IMG/VR virus record: IMGVR_UViG_3300027892_000102
Coordinates: 1 to 31,390 of that record
From: a virus
Taxonomy: Duplodnaviria > Caudoviricetes
DNA length: 31,390 bases
Strand: one strand, 5' to 3'
Each line of letters begins with the position of its first letter. The stretch's first letter is position 1. Made by a program: the position numbers and the translations under genes. The notes beneath the pieces were generated by a model. It was not told the DNA's origin, searched no databases, and saw only the letters and a list, made by a program, of their open reading frames with translations. Positions 27,624-31,390 of this stretch are shown here, piece by piece.

Positions 27624-27982
27624 TTTTGAATTATATACCTGTTGATAAACTCTTCAACATCTTTATCTGATTTATTATATGTAAATTCTGTAATTGTAGT
27701 AGATGCAGAGTTTTCAGTATTAATACTGCTATTAAATGTTGTTTCAAGAAAAATTATAGTTTCATTATCAGGTAATGGTATTTTATCATCTACTGATAAT
27801 ACCTTTCTAATATCCTTGATTTTATATCTTTTTTTGAGAAAACTTTTTACCTCCTTACAAACATATCTTTTTTCTAAAATTTCTTCTGAACCATATTCTT
27901 CGATCTTCTTATTAAGAAACTCTCCTGAATAGATAGTGTTGTTTCCTGTTATTACACAGGTTAGTGTTTTTGTCTTAGTCAT
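27620..27982 (-). CDS. Hypothetical protein
   Basis: 120-aa ORF; LTCVITG and YVCKEV Cys motifs. Confidence 0.55.
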   Translation of the reverse strand: MTKTKTLTCVITGNNTIYSGEFLNKKIEEYGSEEILEKRYVCKEVKSFLKKRYKIKDIRKVLSVDDKIPLPDNETIIFLETTFNSSINTENSASTTITEFTYNKSDKDVEEFINRYIIQK

Positions 27983-28005
27983 TCTTGTATTATATAAATA
28001 ATAAT

Positions 28006-28233
28006 ATGGGATTCAATAAATTAGTTAATTTTATTTTAGAGGGTGGTTTCACAGCACCTGTAGGTACTAAAAGACCTGTAAAAGCACCTAATATGCCTAA
28101 TCATGGTACAATTAACCCATTATTTGGTAATAAATCATCACCTTCTGCATATAGTGGGTTCAAAGGAGATAGACTCAATCCATCTACTTCTGTAGTTACA
28201 TTTAGATTACCTAAAAAGAAGAGAAAAAAGTAA
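28006..28233 (+). CDS. Small basic Pro-rich protein, possible internal head protein (start revised to 28006)
   Basis: TATAAATA at 27993-28000; leader MGFNKLVNFILE; C-terminus PKKKRKK. Confidence 0.65.
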   Translation: MGFNKLVNFILEGGFTAPVGTKRPVKAPNMPNHGTINPLFGNKSSPSAYSGFKGDRLNPSTSVVTFRLPKKKRKK

Positions 28234-28236
28234 CTT

Positions 28237-28800
28237 TTATTTCTTATAATAGAATATATGATTTCCTATTATAATAGTCTTATAACCGCTTTTCTTTAGT
28301 TTTGGTCCCCACTTTGGCTTGACAGCTAGTGTATGGTAATACTCAGCACCTTTAGTATGATTTGTTAACTCATTAGATGCTATTTTTTTGGTTATTGCAA
28401 AGCCTTTAGGATCCTTTTTAGCGATAGAGCCTATAACGTCTTTCGTAGGCTTTACATCATTCCAACACGAAAATTGCTTTGGTTGTATACATATTTCAGA
28501 TAAACTTTTACCTCTAATTTTGGATCTGTTATGTATAACTTCATTTACAGCTTCCATTCCTTTTTGACCTTCACCTCTGGCTTCTTTATATAGTGTAGCA
28601 GCAACTATATCTACATCATTTGCATATTTAGGTGTTGAGTAATTATCTTGGGATTGTATTGAAGCTGTGGGTAATTCAAACTTTACACTCATATCTGAAG
28701 CTTTAGCGTAAGGTGTTAAAGCAGCTAAACCAGCTAGACCTAATGCTTTTAGTTTAGTCTTAAAAGACTCATCCAAATTATAATATGCAGAAAACGTCAT
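28237..28800 (-). CDS. SleB/Hydrolase_2-like cell wall hydrolase
   Basis: TLYKEARGE, VIHNR, QPKQFSCWN, GAEYYH, IGNHIFY. Confidence 0.92.
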   Translation of the reverse strand: MTFSAYYNLDESFKTKLKALGLAGLAALTPYAKASDMSVKFELPTASIQSQDNYSTPKYANDVDIVAATLYKEARGEGQKGMEAVNEVIHNRSKIRGKSLSEICIQPKQFSCWNDVKPTKDVIGSIAKKDPKGFAITKKIASNELTNHTKGAEYYHTLAVKPKWGPKLKKSGYKTIIIGNHIFYYKK

Positions 28801-28808
28801 AATTATAT

Positions 28809-30440
28809 TTATACAAATCTACTAAGGAAGTACTTAGGTAGATTACGGTTATTATTCTTAATAGCGTCATATATACATGCATCTAATACGTATGTTACAC
28901 AATGATCCTCTTTACTTCTAACACCTCTACCACACGCTTGTACAAAATTACATAACATTTTATCTGTATACCATTGCTTATCTAGTTCAAATAGCTTTTT
29001 TATTCTTGCATCACCTAAAGGTGGAAATGCAGCCTTTACTATTATTTGAAATCTTGCTAGTTCATCTTTAAAGTCTACACCAAATGAAACAGATGGACTA
29101 ACAACAACAGTAGGTTCTTTAGATTCTGCATGTTGTGTTATCAACATCTCGTTCTTTTGACCTTCTGATCTAAAAAGAAATCTATTACCTTTTATTGAAT
29201 TCTGTAAATAACTAGTTATTGCCATAGAATGTGTATGTATAATACCTTTATCATTTTTATGTTTATCGCAGATAGCTTGTATTTGTTTAGCAATAGTTGG
29301 TAGATTATCTTTTAAGTTACTGTGGTTAAGCTTTAACTTAGTATTAACGAATATAGGAGCTTTAGATGGGTCGAATGTACTATCAACCTCAATATACTTG
29401 TAATCAGTTATACCTAAAGTCTTTGCAAATGTCTTATGATCGATTATTGTTGCAGACATTAATAATACTTTATCAGCATATTTAAATATATGCTTAGATA
29501 ATGTATCGACTTTTAGTGGTGTAAGTTTTACTGTTTTATCTTCTTTTTGTATAACATACTCACACTCACTCCAGGTATCTAAAATCATCTTAACACTACT
29601 ATGTATACTCCGTAGGTAGTTAAGTTTAATTTTATCAGATTGTGTAGTTTTATCGTTCTTTTTTGAGAGAAGATTAGCAAGTAGTAAATCAGCCTCCTCA
29701 CATACCGTTATACATACATTACTGAGCCACTTTTCAACCTGAGTATAATCTGTATGGTTTATTAGAGGTTGAACTCTAACTCCTGCTATTTTTAGTTTTT
29801 CAGGGTCTATACTTACTGAAAACTGATTAACCAGTGTATCTTCTAATTCAGAAGCCTCGTCACATATGATAAACTGTTTTCTTTTTACATGTCCTGGTAA
29901 TGACAGAAACATTTTATAATTTAAGATACCAAACTTACTAGTTAGTAATGTGTTTCTTGCATTATAATACGGGCATATATTTTGTTGCCAACACGTATCT
30001 TTTAATTTAGTTGTAAGTAAGCACGGTGCAGTGTCTACCGCAAATTGATCATCAACCTGACAGGTATAATTAGCTTTACCTTTTAAAGTAGCGTCTTCTT
30101 GAAATAATTTTTGATATTGATCTTGAAGAGATTTTGTTATAGTTAATACAAAAGAACCGAAAGGGTCTTCTAAAAGGCAATCAGCTTCATACTCATATGA
30201 TCCATCATATGTTTGCTTATATGCATCATAACTTGTAATGAGTTCCTTAAATTCAGGTGAACACTCTGTTGAGTAGTTACCTAACGTTTTAGATAAAAAA
30301 CTTTTACCAGAACCTGTAGGTGCATTACATACTACAAATTTATTATCCTTAAACGCATTATCTATTTTTTCTAAAAGCGTTTGTTGTTGATCACTAGGAT
30401 TATAGTTTTCAGGAAAGAAAGAGACTAGATTTTTTACCAC
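28809..30440 (-). CDS. dinG: DinG/Rad3-family SF2 helicase with Fe-S cluster
   Basis: APTGSGKS, LKGKANYTC, four Cys ending CPYY, DEAS, MSAT, GVDF, QACGRGVRS. Confidence 0.88.
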   Translation of the reverse strand: MVKNLVSFFPENYNPSDQQQTLLEKIDNAFKDNKFVVCNAPTGSGKSFLSKTLGNYSTECSPEFKELITSYDAYKQTYDGSYEYEADCLLEDPFGSFVLTITKSLQDQYQKLFQEDATLKGKANYTCQVDDQFAVDTAPCLLTTKLKDTCWQQNICPYYNARNTLLTSKFGILNYKMFLSLPGHVKRKQFIICDEASELEDTLVNQFSVSIDPEKLKIAGVRVQPLINHTDYTQVEKWLSNVCITVCEEADLLLANLLSKKNDKTTQSDKIKLNYLRSIHSSVKMILDTWSECEYVIQKEDKTVKLTPLKVDTLSKHIFKYADKVLLMSATIIDHKTFAKTLGITDYKYIEVDSTFDPSKAPIFVNTKLKLNHSNLKDNLPTIAKQIQAICDKHKNDKGIIHTHSMAITSYLQNSIKGNRFLFRSEGQKNEMLITQHAESKEPTVVVSPSVSFGVDFKDELARFQIIVKAAFPPLGDARIKKLFELDKQWYTDKMLCNFVQACGRGVRSKEDHCVTYVLDACIYDAIKNNNRNLPKYFLSRFV

Positions 30441-30446
30441 CCTTAA

Positions 30447-30791
30447 TTATATTTCAATTGCAGATAAAACCACCACAGAATTGTATAATTTATTTTTCTT
30501 TTCTGGTTTGAAGAGCATTAATTTAAATTGCAACTCTTCATTCTCTGTAGCAAACTCTTCTATATTGTAGGAGAATTTTAGACAATTATCACCTTCTATT
30601 ATTTTAAAAGGGTAAGGTAGTTCTATAGTTTTAGATATTGTATTGTGCTTAATGGTAAAATTAAAATAAAATTCTTTAAATTTAAAAATTAAAAATTTAC
30701 CTTCCTTTATAGGTTTAGAACCCTCTATAAAGATGCTTACCTTTTTCTGTAAAAAGGAATTGATTTTATTTTCTATTAATGGGTCTATCAT
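30447..30791 (-). CDS. Hypothetical protein
   Basis: 114-aa ORF, ATGA-coupled; ELPYPF motif. Confidence 0.55.
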   Translation of the reverse strand: MIDPLIENKINSFLQKKVSIFIEGSKPIKEGKFLIFKFKEFYFNFTIKHNTISKTIELPYPFKIIEGDNCLKFSYNIEEFATENEELQFKLMLFKPEKKNKLYNSVVVLSAIEI

Positions 30792-31168
30792 GTGTCCATG
30801 TAATTAATTTTTTCTTGCGCTGACATTGTATAAAGATTTTCATTGTAATATTCCCAAAATGTATCATCTGCTTTTTTTGTGTTTAAAAGATTACAAGCAT
30901 CCATATTTACCATTCTCCAGTCTTGCATAAAGATATCCCATACCGGTAATAGATTTTTTGACTCTGCATTATAAGGTAGACCATTAACAGGTGGCTTATA
31001 ATTTAGAGATATTCTACCGTTTGCTGAATTTAAAAGATCATTACACAATGTACACATCATTTTTCTCATTGAAGGGCGACCTGCTTTAGATCGACGACGT
31101 AAAAATTCTATTTCACATACGTTGACCCTAAGCAGATTTTTTAATGATGTTAAAGCTATTTGCGGCAT
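30788..31168 (-). CDS. WYL_2/SH3-like beta-barrel protein (T4 gp61.1-like)
   Basis: EIEFLRR...RKMMCTL...LPVWDIFMQDWRMVN. Confidence 0.65.
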   Translation of the reverse strand: MPQIALTSLKNLLRVNVCEIEFLRRRSKAGRPSMRKMMCTLCNDLLNSANGRISLNYKPPVNGLPYNAESKNLLPVWDIFMQDWRMVNMDACNLLNTKKADDTFWEYYNENLYTMSAQEKINYMDT

Positions 31169-31390
31169 TATTCTTTTTTCTTACAAATACCAAAAAGTCT
31201 CTTTTCGTTTAAAAACATACCTTTCTTTAGTACCCCGTAACCTTCTATTTCGATATTAGATACTGCTACACCTTTATCATTAGGAAATATAACTATATCT
31301 CCTGGCTTTGCATAAAGTGATGCAGGTCCTGCTAGAATAACTTTAGCTTTTCTCCAAGCTTTAGTCATTGAGTTAGTAGGAATAAACAAA
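31168..31390 (-). CDS. groES: GroES-like co-chaperonin, 5' end outside the window
   Basis: LFIP...AKVILAGP...KPGDIVIFP...FLNEKRLFG. Confidence 0.7.
   Translation of the reverse strand, partial: LFIPTNSMTKAWRKAKVILAGPASLYAKPGDIVIFPNDKGVAVSNIEIEGYGVLKKGMFLNEKRLFGICKKKE

Noticed and set aside
226-27932. Short antisense or alternate-frame ORFs in the track (e.g. 226-414, 3791-4138, 11403-11681, 16621-16845, 26295-26576)
   Set aside because: Shadows of well-supported genes with no promoter box or motif
28207-28233. SV40-like nuclear localisation signal PKKKRKK
   Set aside because: Bacteriophage context; Lys runs arise readily in A-rich DNA
1-31390. tRNA genes or stop-codon reassignment
   Set aside because: No cloverleaf noticed in the short intergenic gaps; core genes are full length in the standard code with TAA, TAG and TGA all used as stops

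Overview
Fragment of an AT-rich, large T4-like (Tevenvirus-superfamily type) myophage genome. Recognisable core genes are gp15-like tail completion, gp20 portal, gp13 neck, gp4 head completion nuclease, gp21 protease, gp22 scaffold, gp23 major capsid, gp5-like baseplate spike and a truncated GroES-like co-chaperonin. There is also a 7-deazaguanine cassette (TGT/DpdA-like protein, P-loop kinase, QueF), a class Id-type ribonucleotide reductase pair, a DinG-like Fe-S helicase, an SleB-like hydrolase and a WYL-like protein. The most unusual element is a seven-member family of proteins built from 28-aa 'HRxDGPA' repeats. Members share a constant acidic C-terminal tail and six carry an N-terminus resembling the T4 capsid-targeting sequence. 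Five are in a tandem array, one is in a minus-strand cluster and one sits between portal and neck genes. About seven unrelated ORFs carry a similar leader, suggesting a large head-packaged, injected cargo set. Sixteen genes have a TAAATA late-promoter box only 4-7 nt before the ATG (apparently leaderless mRNAs). The one gene where I saw a perfect Shine-Dalgarno (gp15) appears to start at AUU. All assignments come from motif recognition by eye; no searches were run.
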